A stretch of DNA of 62,788 nt, the filler included. It is 6 parts of 6 records of this genome, joined end to end, with 100 filler letters (N's around TTAATTAATTAA, not from the genome) between each part and the next. Parts side by side here need not be neighbours in the genome. Positions count along the whole stretch, not along the records: positions 18,709 to 32,188 come from DRR723986_4333; positions 32,289 to 50,108 come from DRR723986_4340; 4 more parts are not named here. The stretch is one strand, 5' to 3'. Each line of letters starts with the position of its first letter. The stretch's first letter is position 1. The notes beneath the pieces are model-generated. The model searched no databases and was not told the DNA's origin. It saw only the letters and a list, made by a program, of their open reading frames with translations. Of this stretch, positions 31,786 to 43,200 are shown piece after piece. Position numbers and translations under genes: made by a program.

Positions 31786-32188
31786 TTACTCCAGACCGAT
31801 CTTCTGCTTCAGCATGTCGCTGACGGCCTGCGGGTTGGCCTTGCCCTGGGACTGTTTCATCACCTGGCCGACGAACCAGCCGAGAAGACCCGGCTTGGCG
31901 ATTGCCTGCTGAACCTTGTCCGGGTTAGCGGCAATGATTTCGTCGACGATGGCTTCAATCGCACCAAGGTCGGTCACCTGCTTCATGCCACGTTCTTCGA
32001 CGATCTTCGCCGGGTCGCCACCTTCGGTCCATACGATCTCGAACAGGTCCTTGGCGATCTTGCCGGAGATGACACCGTCCTTGATCAGATCGACGATACC
32101 GCCGAGCTGCGCCGCGGAAACCGGGCTGGTCGAAAGGTCCTTGCCTTCCTTGTTCAGGCGGCCGAAGAGCTCGTTGATCACCCAGTTG
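31786..32188 (-). CDS. gatB: Asp/Glu-tRNA amidotransferase subunit B, 3' part
   Basis: [35 protein letters not shown]...GKANP. Confidence 0.96.
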
Positions 32189-32616
32189 NNNNNNNNNNNN
32201 NNNNNNNNNNNNNNNNNNNNNNNNNNNNNNNNTTAATTAATTAANNNNNNNNNNNNNNNNNNNNNNNNNNNNNNNNNNNNNNNNNNNNAAATCCACGGGT
32301 CTTAGACCTTGAGAGGTGTGAGAAATGCGCTGTGAGGCCCCCAGCGCAAACAATTGAGCTGCGAGCCGAAAATCCACGGGGCTCGAAGCCAAAATCCACA
32401 GACCAACAACTCATGCTCTTGATGTCGTGCGCTTGAGCAAGAATTGCAGACTTTAAGTCAAGAATCACAAGTGTTAACATTTTGGACTGCGAGGCTCAAA
32501 GTAGCGAGACCCACCAACAATCCAAAATGCTCGACCCTGCACTCCCAAAAACTAACAAAAAAATCAAAAGGCAAGCCGCCCGGAGGAGCCGGAGGCGCTG
32601 CAATCTTAAAACCACG

Positions 32617-33675
32617 CTAGAGCCGGTGCGACTTAAACAGTGGTGCCAGCTTAAATGGCTGAATCGGAAGTGTCATGTGCGCATGAGGGGTGTTAAGTTC
32701 CAGGGGGACGAGAGTGCGCGTGATCCATGCCGGCGCGTCGTTGTCGTGATGAATCTGGATGGGAGGTTGATGGAAACATTGATCGATTGGCGTTGAAGCC
32801 CATGCGTCAGTCCAATGTTCTTGTGAGTTTTGCGGAGCTGTGATTTCGTGAGTCTGTTTAAGTTGCGGAATCTGAGAGATTTGACGTGAACCGTTTTGCT
32901 CGCGCTGCAAGACCGTGTCCAGTTGGGCGGCAAGTATTAACATTAAATCTTTAAGTGCCGCCACGCGCGAAAGTGTAAGGTCCGAGTCAATTGCCGAGCC
33001 AAAAACGTAATTGGGCCAGACGTCATTAGAGTATGCACCGGCATAACTAATCGCATGACCAGAGTCCAGTTGTGCCGATAGTAAACGAAAAGCGTAACCC
33101 TTGTTTAATAAATAGTGGGCGGAAGGTGTTGAATGCTGTAACTCATCCAGTGGGCAAGGTTTAAATCGCTGACAAAGCTGCTCGTCAAAGGGTAAAAGTG
33201 TCAGGATGCTGTGTTTAATACAGTTGTTGCGACCACGTGTTAAAACATCCGAGAGTGAATCGGCAGATGCGACTCCACACCTGTTTGAAACCTCAGCGAC
33301 ATTGGTAAGTGGCAAGTAAGCAAAACGTGTCTGTAGGTCCTGTGCCTGCGATTGTGTAGAACCCCTAAATAAAAGCTGGGAGTCGCTTGTTAATGAGGGG
33401 AGGAGACCTGAACTTAAACAAAAACTTTCGAGTGCATTGTTGCGTGCGCAACGGAGTGCCTGAGAGCGATCACTGTGCTGCCCAAATCCGCGGGCATGCA
33501 AACCATGACCAAATATTTCACAACGATACATGTGGAACAAACCAAGCCGATCGACCCAGTCTTGCGGAACAATATTACGCGAAATCAAGAAAACACGTCC
33601 AAATCCACGAATTTCAGCGCTTGTAATATTGCGGCGATCGAACTGGCGTTCGCGGCATTGAGTTAAATCTAACAT
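32617..33675 (-). CDS. YcaO-fold-like protein with degenerate catalytic motifs
   Basis: Motifs in YcaO order: RGFGQHSDRSQALRCARNNALES, SNRCGVASADSLSDVLTRGRNNCIKH, FGSAIDSDLTLSRVAALKDL, ITRTLVP, IQPF; AGGA RBS. Confidence 0.65.
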   Translation of the reverse strand: MLDLTQCRERQFDRRNITSAEIRGFGRVFLISRNIVPQDWVDRLGLFHMYRCEIFGHGLHARGFGQHSDRSQALRCARNNALESFCLSSGLLPSLTSDSQLLFRGSTQSQAQDLQTRFAYLPLTNVAEVSNRCGVASADSLSDVLTRGRNNCIKHSILTLLPFDEQLCQRFKPCPLDELQHSTPSAHYLLNKGYAFRLLSAQLDSGHAISYAGAYSNDVWPNYVFGSAIDSDLTLSRVAALKDLMLILAAQLDTVLQREQNGSRQISQIPQLKQTHEITAPQNSQEHWTDAWASTPIDQCFHQPPIQIHHDNDAPAWITRTLVPLELNTPHAHMTLPIQPFKLAPLFKSHRL

Positions 33676-34093
33676 CTATTTTAGTCCTATGATTTAGCCA
33701 AAGTGATTGTGAGTGATCGTTGAGTAATGGTTTGGGCAGATTACATCAACAATATGTATGAACAATGAGCATTAAGAGTAAGCTGCGTCACGGTTAATGC
33801 CGCTTGGGGGGAGTTGACCTGCTCAAAACCTGACCATTACCAGAGCTGATTAACAGAACCTTAAACAAGATCAGGTGGGGCAGTGGCGCAACCGTAAAGT
33901 GAAGCTGTGGTCAAAGGTCAATCTTACCAAGCAAAAGTTTGAGATGCCGGGGGACAGGCGATGTACTTTGATACCATGCAAGTGTATACATTTAGAGAGG
34001 GTGGAGCAAGGTAAAAAAACGTACCCTGGTTAATTATACTAGCGGCGACGGTTGTATCTGCCCCGAGATTGTTGCGCCGACCTCCAAACAAGA

Positions 34094-34119
34094 ACAGCCC
34101 CACCAATTGGCAGGGCTGT
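34094..34119 (-). terminator. Hairpin/terminator downstream of the SnoaL-like gene
   Basis: ACAGCCC...GGGCTGT stem followed on minus strand by TCTTGTTT. Confidence 0.55.
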
Positions 34120-34185
34120 GTGTTTTAGACATCAGCGTAAAAATGACGCTTCAGATTTTCCCATCTTAGTGGGAGACTGCGGAAA

Positions 34186-34788
34186 TCAGGCTTCGGCAGG
34201 AGCTTCAGCTTCTGTGGCTTCAGCTGGTTCTGCTGTCAGATCTTTCGTAGATTCATCAGGCTCGGTTGATCCAGGAACTACCTGACCGATGACGTCATCG
34301 CCGTCGATTTTGGCCTGCAAATCTTTTGGCATTGCACTGAGCTGCGTAGCCAAACCAAAGATGTCCCAGGTATCCAATTCCTGACCAATCTGATTGTTGA
34401 AGAACATGATGTGGCTATTGGAGGTCAACGAAACAGGCTTGTTCGTTGCAGCCTGGCCAAACAATTCACCGGAGTGAATACCCATCAAGTGCCACGTCAT
34501 AGAAACCTGACCGCCCTGTGTAAGCGTCCGTTCAAACGACACACGGATCTCCGACAGTCCCGAGCGGAACATTTCAACATAAGTATTGTAGCCTTCAATG
34601 CCGTGGTAGTTGCCGACATTTCCATCAACCACGGTGTTGGGAAACACTAGGTGGGGAATATATTCCATATTACCCATCTGCCAGACTTCTACCCAGAAGC
34701 GCTGCAGTTCTGCAACAATCGCAGACTCCTGTGCTGTTCGCACGTCGGATTCTGGGGTGAATTGGGCGATACCATCAGCGGTAATCAT
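34186..34788 (-). CDS. SnoaL-like ester cyclase/NTF2-fold protein with acidic Ala/Glu/Pro tail
   Basis: GAGGAG RBS; RFWVEVW, HGIEGY..MFRSGLSE, WHLMGIHSGELFGQAATNKPV, WDIFGLATQL. Confidence 0.82.
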   Translation of the reverse strand: MITADGIAQFTPESDVRTAQESAIVAELQRFWVEVWQMGNMEYIPHLVFPNTVVDGNVGNYHGIEGYNTYVEMFRSGLSEIRVSFERTLTQGGQVSMTWHLMGIHSGELFGQAATNKPVSLTSNSHIMFFNNQIGQELDTWDIFGLATQLSAMPKDLQAKIDGDDVIGQVVPGSTEPDESTKDLTAEPAEATEAEAPAEA

Positions 34789-35069
34789 AGCTTCTCCTCG
34801 TGTACAATGTAATAGTAGTAAACGCAGATGGAGATTTTGGTTCCATCGATCGCAAACGGCGTGGTATGATGATGACTGTGGTGCGGAGGAATAGCTGCTC
34901 AAACTGTGCAATCGATTTTCAGTACGCTATTCATTCAACTTGGTATCGAGGATGAGGTGTCCCTCCACGAGAGCCAATTTCATACATATACGCCGCACTG
35001 CAAGATATTAATTTCTTGCGGTCTGCGAAACAAATAGTGCTCAGATTAAGCGGAAAGGCGTGGTTTTTG

Positions 35070-35429
35070 CTATAAGCCGAATGCGCGGAAAGCAGCTTCT
35101 CCGCCGGAGGCAATCGCGATGACGATCAGTAGTGCGGCACTAATGACAAATTTACGGCCGCGAGTTTTGAAGCCGTGCATGGTGGCCAAAACAATATTTG
35201 CGCCTACGTGAAGCGCAAGAAAGATGATCCAGCGTTTTATGGCCACATTAAACTCGGAATCTCCCAAAAAGAGGGAACCCAAAGAATAGAGGACAAAAAC
35301 GGTAAGGTTGATACTGATTACGACTGTAGCCGATTGGGCTTTGCCTGCCAGCAAACGACGCTTGGCCGCTTTGCGGGTGACTCGGTTTGATTCCGAATCA
35401 AGAGGCATTATCTCGCACTTTGTGGACAT
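35070..35429 (-). CDS. Small membrane protein
   Basis: 119-aa ORF with three hydrophobic segments. Confidence 0.55.
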   Translation of the reverse strand: MSTKCEIMPLDSESNRVTRKAAKRRLLAGKAQSATVVISINLTVFVLYSLGSLFLGDSEFNVAIKRWIIFLALHVGANIVLATMHGFKTRGRKFVISAALLIVIAIASGGEAAFRAFGL

Positions 35430-35609
35430 CGCGGAGGTCGATGTAATTCGCAGGATATGAAGTCATGGTAGCAACATCATTTTAGACGTACAGCACGAGG
35501 TTACCACCGTTTATTCGATACGCAATATACTGTAAACATTTTGGATACATGCCAATAAAATCACCAGCAATTTATGGCTCCAGCACCAGCCACCATCCAT
35601 GCAAAAAAT

Positions 35610-36905
35610 TTACTGTTCGACCTTGATTGAAAGGCGATAGGTTTGTTTGGTTGCACTCTGGAATGCGAGCGAAAGATCTTGTTCACTTAGGCCTTCGGTC
35701 TCGACGCCGGAGCCCATTAAGTCGGTGCGTTCCTGCAGCAGAACTCCGTAAATCTCGAAGGCGGTTCGCAGGCGTCCGGCAATTGTGTTGATCAAGTCCT
35801 GTAAGACCTGAAGCTGTTCTTCGCGACCAGGGGAGATGATGCCAAGGATGCTGGCGGAGAGCCAGGACGCGTCGGCTTCATTGCAATTAATCATGATGCG
35901 GAAGATGGCTTTGTCTTCTGAACTTTGCAGTACTGTAGCGGCGTAGAGGAAGGTTTGTTTGTCCAGAACCTGGTCGTCGGCTACGATACTGACTTCGAGT
36001 CCGGCCAGGATGCCAAAAGCCTGGTGCGCGGCATTAAAGACTTCACTTGGCATGTACTCTGTGACCATTTCCTCATAGCTGAGCGGCTTGTGTTTGCCAT
36101 CGACAGCAATTTGGGTGAAGTTCTTGAGGAAGGCGTCGGGGACAAAAGACTTCTGCAGAACACTATCGAATTCCGGTGGGGTTTTTTCAACATCGGCGCG
36201 GTTATCGCAGAGCATGACCAGTTTGTAGTTCTCACTTGCGATGGCACGAATTTTCTTAGCCAGGAGCTTTTCATTCAGCAGCGGAAGGTTCTCGCCAATC
36301 AGCGTGATCTTGGGGCGATGTTTGGCAAATTCCGTTAGGCCGGCGGCACCGCTGACGGCCTCGATGACTGTAAATCGGCGTCCAAGGACGTCGTTGACAA
36401 AACGGGTGAAGTTGACGTCCTGATCAATTACGAGCAGTTTGTTATCAGACTGCACGGTAGAGGGGAGGATATTACCTTTGGAGCCCGTTTTATTCATTGA
36501 ATTGCGCAGCTCGGACAGCACGATTTGCAGGCGGTTGACGGCAAACTCGTAGTCAACCGGTTTGAGGATGTAGTCGGAAATTCCGAGCGTAATCAACTCG
36601 CGGAATGTCGTTTTGTCTTTGACTGCCGTGAGTATTATCACGGGCAGGTGCATGAAATTCTTATCGGAGCGTATGGCTGAGAGTGTTTCTTTGCCATTAA
36701 GAATTGGCATCATCAGGTCAAGCACGATGAAGTCTGGAGCTGATGATTCAATCATTTCCAGCCCCTGAACGCCGTTTTCGGCTTCAAAAACTTCGACCTG
36801 GAATTTCTTTTTGAGTATGCCGTGCAGATATTTACGTACTGCAGGTTCATCGTCGATGATCAATGCGCGCAGAACGCGGGTGGGCTTAATTGAAATATCA
36901 CTCAC
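35610..36905 (-). CDS. Response regulator: REC + degenerate REC + CheX/CheC-like C-domain
   Basis: LIIDDE, VLDLMMP, ILKP; second REC LLVIDQD...LIGENLP; C-terminal QDLINTIAG. Confidence 0.85.
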   Translation of the reverse strand: MSDISIKPTRVLRALIIDDEPAVRKYLHGILKKKFQVEVFEAENGVQGLEMIESSAPDFIVLDLMMPILNGKETLSAIRSDKNFMHLPVIILTAVKDKTTFRELITLGISDYILKPVDYEFAVNRLQIVLSELRNSMNKTGSKGNILPSTVQSDNKLLVIDQDVNFTRFVNDVLGRRFTVIEAVSGAAGLTEFAKHRPKITLIGENLPLLNEKLLAKKIRAIASENYKLVMLCDNRADVEKTPPEFDSVLQKSFVPDAFLKNFTQIAVDGKHKPLSYEEMVTEYMPSEVFNAAHQAFGILAGLEVSIVADDQVLDKQTFLYAATVLQSSEDKAIFRIMINCNEADASWLSASILGIISPGREEQLQVLQDLINTIAGRLRTAFEIYGVLLQERTDLMGSGVETEGLSEQDLSLAFQSATKQTYRLSIKVEQ

Positions 36906-37274
36906 AAATTCACCTGATATTGCTCTTCAATCCAACAAAGACAAAACACATGTGCGCAGGGAAATGCGCTGAATCGATTGGCTCTGAGCATGCACGGAGT
37001 CATACTTCGCGTTTGCGGTAGAGCACTTTTGGTGAGTTCCGACCCAAAATTTCCCCGGTTGGTTCACCTTGGCTGCAGCAGTACATTTTCTACGTTGTGC
37101 TTGCACAGCAACGTTATTGAAGCAGATCTGCCGAAATATACAAATAGAGGCAAAGCTATGAAACCCACGGGCATCCGGCTGTTGGGAACAGCGGCGGGTT
37201 TGGGGCAAGTTGCTTTGCCAGGATTTGGATGTAACATTGAATACAGTTTAGAACTGCAGTCAATTGAACAAGAA

Positions 37275-40200
37275 CTAACTCGGCACCTTCATGCAGAGTT
37301 TCAGTTTTTCGTCAAGCACCTGCTGTCGTACAGGTTTGGTCATGACGTCGTCCATGCCAACTTGTTGGCACTGCCTGCGATCTTCGGGGGACGCGTCGGC
37401 TGTTAAGGCAATGATCACAGGTTGTTTGAATACCGCGCTTGAGCTGCGGATAGACCGTGTTGCCTCAATGCCGTCCATTAGCGGCATGTGCAGGTCCATA
37501 AAAACAACATCAACAGCGTGATTTTTGACGTATTCAAATGCTTCAAGGCCATCTGATGCCAGGACGCAATTATAGCCCAATTTGAACAACATGCGCTGCA
37601 TCAATCTCCGATTTACAGCATTGTCATCCACCACCAGGACTACGTGATTCTGCTGCTCACTGCTGTCCTGGCTGCTATTCAAAGAATTGGGGGCCGTATC
37701 GGCTTGATTATTTGAGGCTGCCGGTTTGCTGTCTTGAGCATTGGAAGCGGATCCAGCCTGAGTATGTGCTTCAGATTTTGCGCCGGCCTGATTCTCTGCC
37801 ACTTTCGTCTGGTCTTGCGCCGACGCGGATTCTGGCGATTCGGCAGCAACGCGGGAGTAGGGCGCTTTTTTCAGAACTTCACTGAGTGCCGGGGGCCTGA
37901 CAGGTTTACTTACGTAATCGTTCATTCCGGCTTCGAGGCAATTTTTGCGGTCTTCTTCCATTGCATTGGCGGTCATGGCAATGACATATGGTTGCCGCTT
38001 CAATTCTTTATCTGCACGCATCGTTCGCACGGCTGTCAGGCCGTCCATTACGGGCATTTGCACATCCATGAATACGACGTCATACCAGTTTTTGCGAACT
38101 TCTTCACATGCTTCAAGGCCGTTTGAACGGATTTCGACTTTGTAGCCGAATCGCGCCAGTAGTTTGACTGCCAGTTTTTGATTGACTGGATTATCTTCTA
38201 CCAGCAGGATTTTGCGCGGAAAACGGCGGGCGATTGTAGCGTCAAAAACGGATTTTTTGCCGCTGGGAGGTCCGGGGGACTCTGGCGCGCTACCCGTCAA
38301 TGCCGTTATGAGTGCTTTAGCCAGGTTGATTGGTTTGATTGGTTTTGCAATTGAAATGACGGCTTTGCCTGAATTGCCGCCGCGGCGCACTCCTGGCGGC
38401 CAGAGAACAATTGTAGGAATTGAACTTTGTGAGGCTGCTGATGCCGGGTTTGCGCTTGCAGGTTGTGCATCTGGTAACATTGCCTCGATTATGAGGTCTG
38501 GATGCGTTTTTTTGGATTTTGTGTCTGCGGTCTGTTCGATGTCTTTGTCATCTGCTGGAGCAAGCGCAGTACTCGTTTGATGCCCGTCTTTGTTTTTGGC
38601 TAAAGACTGTTTCTCAAAAATTTGGAGGCCCCATTCTTCAAGGATTTCAGCCAGGATTCCACGAATCACCGGGTCTGGTTCCAATAGCATTACACTTTTG
38701 TGCGCTACAGTCGCCGTCAACTGAGGCGGAAGGTTGATGGGGAGGCTGGACTGGACTTTGGCTTTGATGGTAAATTTGAACTCTGAACCCTGGCCAAATT
38801 CACTCTCGACCCACATTTTGCCGCCCATCAATTCGGCAAGGCGGCGGCTGATAGCAAGACCTAAACCAGTACCACCGTATTTGCGGGTTGTGGATGTGTC
38901 AACCTGCGAAAATGAGCGGAACAGCCGGTTCAGGCGGTCTGCCGGAATTCCGATGCCACTGTCGCGCACAGTAAATTGCAGTAACACCTGGGACGCATCG
39001 GCCGTAGCGGAGTCGGGCGGGTTTTCCTGAACTGCAACTTCACAGATAATCTGGCCCTTCTCGGTGAATTTGATGGCATTACCGAGGAGGTTAACGAGGA
39101 CCTGTCCCAGGCGCGTTTCATCACCGAGAATGCTCTCGGGAACGTTGGAAGGCATGCGGTAAGCAATGTTAAGATTTTTTGAGCCGGCGCGCACCGCGAG
39201 CAAATCAAGGGCATTTTCAATACAGCGCCGCAGGTTAAACGTGCGTTGTTCCAGTTCGAGCCGGCCGGCTTCAATTTTAGAGAAGTCGAGGATATCGTTG
39301 ATCAAATTGAGGAGGGTTTCTCCGCTGCTTCTGACGATCTCGACTAATTCGCGTTGATCGTCTTCGAGTCGACTTTCGAGCAGGAGGTCGGTCATCCCAA
39401 TCACAGCATTCATTGGCGTGCGAATCTCGTGACTCATGTTGGCAAGGAAAGCACTCTTGGCGAGATTGGCCCGCTCGGCAGCCTCGCTGGCTGTACGCGC
39501 TTCGTCGGTCATCAGCGCCAGCTGCGAAGTGCGCTGTTCAACTTTTTCTTCCAGCGTGCGGCTGTATTCTTCCAGCTTCAGGTAGAGTTCAGCATTCTGA
39601 ATCGAGATGGCCGCCTGTGAAGCCAAAGTCTCAAGAACAATCATCCTGTCAGGTGTGAAGGCACCGGTCGTCAAGTTGTTTTCGGCGTAGACAATTGCAG
39701 TGATACGGCCCTGATTCTGCAGTGGAGCGCTCAGAACTGAGCGCGGCTGTTTGACGATGACAAAGGGATCGCGCGCAAACTGGTCATGCGTCGTAGCATC
39801 GTGAATTACAACGCGCTCACCGGTACGCGCCACAAAATTGATCAGTGACTTGGGGAGCCGATCGTTGGTACTCTGTGGACGCTCAAAGATTTCTACCTGA
39901 TTGCTGTCACGGGAGCGCCCTTCAGCAAGCATGCGCCATTCGCCTGAGCGTTCAGCGAGGAGCACGACGCGCTCAGCTCCGGCGTTTTCCATGAGGGCGC
40001 CAATCAGTGAGCTGAAAAGTGCGTCGATTCGAATCTCGCCAGATATCGCCTGGCTGGCTTTAAGGATGGTTGAGACATCCAGATTGTTTGCCGCCGCCGC
40101 CGGCGTTGAATCTTTGGATTGGCGCGCTGCGCCGGCCTGCGGTCCCACACTTTTACTCGAAAACGTGGAGGATGTCAAAGCGTTGATAAGTCTTTCAATA

Positions 40201-43200
40201 TCAAGCGCTTTTTGCTCCGCGTGCCAGGCCACATAGGCATAGTAGGACTCGCGCAGGTAGGACTCTGCAAAGCTGGTGCGGGAAGCGTCCAAATAAAATT
40301 GAGCGGCATGTTCATTGATGAGCGCCACTTCGTTAACCATGGAGGTCCTGGATGCGCTTTCCAGTGCCTGATCAAAAAGGCCGGCGGCATCCCAGTGGCG
40401 CCCTTCAATTCGTGCCAGTTCAGCTGCCACTAGTTCGGCTTTGTGTTTGAAGATTTCAGGACTGAAGCGCGCACAGCTCTGCAGATCGTGGAGGCGCATG
40501 CGCAGCAGTTGTGTTAGAACCCGGCGCGAATAGAGATCGGTGCTGCTGCGATGCCTTCCGGCGATTGCAAGGGCCTCATGGAACAGCAAAATGTAGTATG
40601 CGTACCCCAGGGCACAGTGCTGCGCGGCCCAGTGAGCCTGTTCTGCAAATTCCAGCGCCAATTCATACTGCCGATAGTAAACAGCAATCATAGTCTTAAG
40701 TGATGCCGCGCGAAAGACCAGGGGAAACTGGCGCTCCTCGATGTGGCGATTTGCCCACTCATCGTCGTCGTACGCTTCTCCAACCAGGTTTACATCTCCG
40801 TCCGGCCCCGTTGACAGCTTGATAGCTGCCTGTTTTATCATGGCCGTTAACTGCGCTTCAAAGGTCAACCCCGAATGTTCGAGTAGCTTGAGCGTGCTGT
40901 TCAATTCACGCGATAACTCGACCAGCTCTGCGCCAGAGGCGAGTTTCAGGAACGCTTTGGCATAACATGCATCTGCGATTGAGTTGATTTCATCTTTGTG
41001 GTCGTGCTCAATCTGTTCGAGGTTTGCAATAGCTGATTCCCACTTGCCGCTCCACGGACTGACATTTGCATGGTACTGCACCTGGCAAATTTTTAGGATG
41101 GTGCGATTGCTCTTTTTCCGGCTTAACTCATCTGCAATCAGAGATAAATGTTTGGCCTGCTCCACCAGGGAAGGCCGGCCCGCCAGAAGAGTTGCAATCT
41201 GGCTCAATAATAATGGTGTCTCTGCCGACATTCCAAACTTGAACGTAACCTGCAGGCTACAAAGGAGAATCCGCGAGAGTAGACTGGAATCACTCTGAGC
41301 GGCCGCAAATCCAGCCAAATACAATAGCTGCGAGACCACGATGTAATCAGGGTTGGAGCACATCGGAATGCGCAGCCAGTCACTGTTGCGCAAACGACAA
41401 ACTGACAATTGAATCTTGAGTTCGACCGTGCGTGATTCTTTTTCCGTCGCAATTGCGGTAGGGTCGATCCCAAACAATTTGATAGCCTGCAAAGCCTCAT
41501 GCAGGGCTTCCATCTGCCGGCTCTGCATGATTAGCGCTGTGACATTTAAGGCATGCGCGTAGGCCTGGCTCTCATTGCTTAGATTTTGTTGCAGGATCCG
41601 GTCAACCACGTGATGTGCAACGTCAAACTGGGAACACAAGAGAGCAATCCGTCCAGTGAGACGCAACAACTCGGCCGTCTGCATGGCATTGGTGGCCGCC
41701 CAGGCATTTTCATCGATCAGGTCTACGGCACCAAGCAGAAAACGCAAAGCGACAGAATAGTCACTTCTGGCGGCGGCGCGCATGGCCGCGTTGGTGTTGA
41801 GTTCCCTGAGTCTTTGATGATACTCTGGCGGTGGTGTAGCTTGTTCAAATTGGCGTACAACAGCAAACAGTTCAGCGTCGCGCGGATTATCAGAGAGACT
41901 GTCCAGCAGAACACGACCAATTGCCAGGTGCATGCGTTCAGCGCGGCTGCCTGCCAACATTGATCTGGCTGCGGATCTGATGCGATCGTGCGCAAACTCA
42001 AAGACGGTATCGCCTTCGTCTTCAGCTATGCGGTTTGCACCAGCGGCGGTGAGCACCAGGCCACTTTCGATGGTTGGTGCAATCGACTGGAATATCGATT
42101 CCGGCGTCCGGTTGCAGCTAAGTGCAAGCACTTTGAGTGAAAAGCGCAGCCCAATGCAGGCTGCTATCTGCAGAACCTCCTGCGTTTCCGGAACAAATTC
42201 GCCGATCTGGCGCAACATGACGTCGATGACGTTATGGGAAGCGCTGCGATCCTTGATTGCGGACAGATTCCAGCGCCAGGTGCGTTCGGTGTTGTTGACC
42301 GATACAAGCGACTCACCGTGCAGTTCCTTAAGGAATTCAAGCAGGAAATATGGATTGCCGCGCGTTTTTGAAAGCAAGACGTCACCAAGCTCCTGCAACT
42401 CATCAACAGGACGCTGGAACATATCTGCCAGCAGAGAAAGGCAGGCGTCACGCGTTAAAGGTTCCAGCAAAAGTGCGTTTACTTCTACCTCGGCTTCAAA
42501 ACAGGATTCCAGGAGCATGGAGATCGGGTGATCCGGCTCGATATCTGTGTCGCGATAGGCCGTCAGCACCAGCAGGTGTTCGTTCTCTTTGTCGAGTGCG
42601 ACGGATTCTACAAGTTGAAGCGACTGTTCGCCGGCCGATTCAATTTCATCCAGAAAAAGGATTAGTGGCGATTCCTTGGATGCCAGGACCCGCAGCAGGA
42701 CGATCAGCAAACGATCATTGGCGTTACGAGACCTGCTGCCCGCTTCAGATGCCGTCTGTTTGCCGACGATCAATTCCAGTTCTGGAATCAGTGAGATGAG
42801 ATGCGGAATCTCCGCGCTCAGCTGCTCAAGAAATCGACTGCGCCACCTTTGGATACTCTCCTGGCTCTCGGTCAAAATTAGCCTGATAACGGGGCGAATT
42901 GCAGCGATGAACTGTGAAAAGGGTAGGCGGTCTTCGGCCTGATTAAAGGAGATGGTAGCGAAATTGAGGCGGCGCTCAAATAGGCGCTGCTGCAAAAAGC
43001 TTACCAGTGCCGTTTTACCGATACCGGCTTCACCTGCCAGGAGAACCACTTCATGGCTGCCGTTGCAAACGCGCTCTACCGTCTGATCGAGTGCGTTAAT
43101 TTCGCTGTCGCGGCCATATAATGTTTGCGGCAGCTGTAGAACATTCTGGATGTCCTGCTCACCGGCTATAAAATTGTTGAGTTTGAGGCCTTTTTCAATT

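Noticed and set aside
33924-34106. 60-aa Cys/Ser/Thr-containing ORF as a RiPP precursor for the YcaO-like gene
   Set aside because: TTG start lies inside a terminator-like hairpin, there is no RBS, and there is no leader/core pattern.
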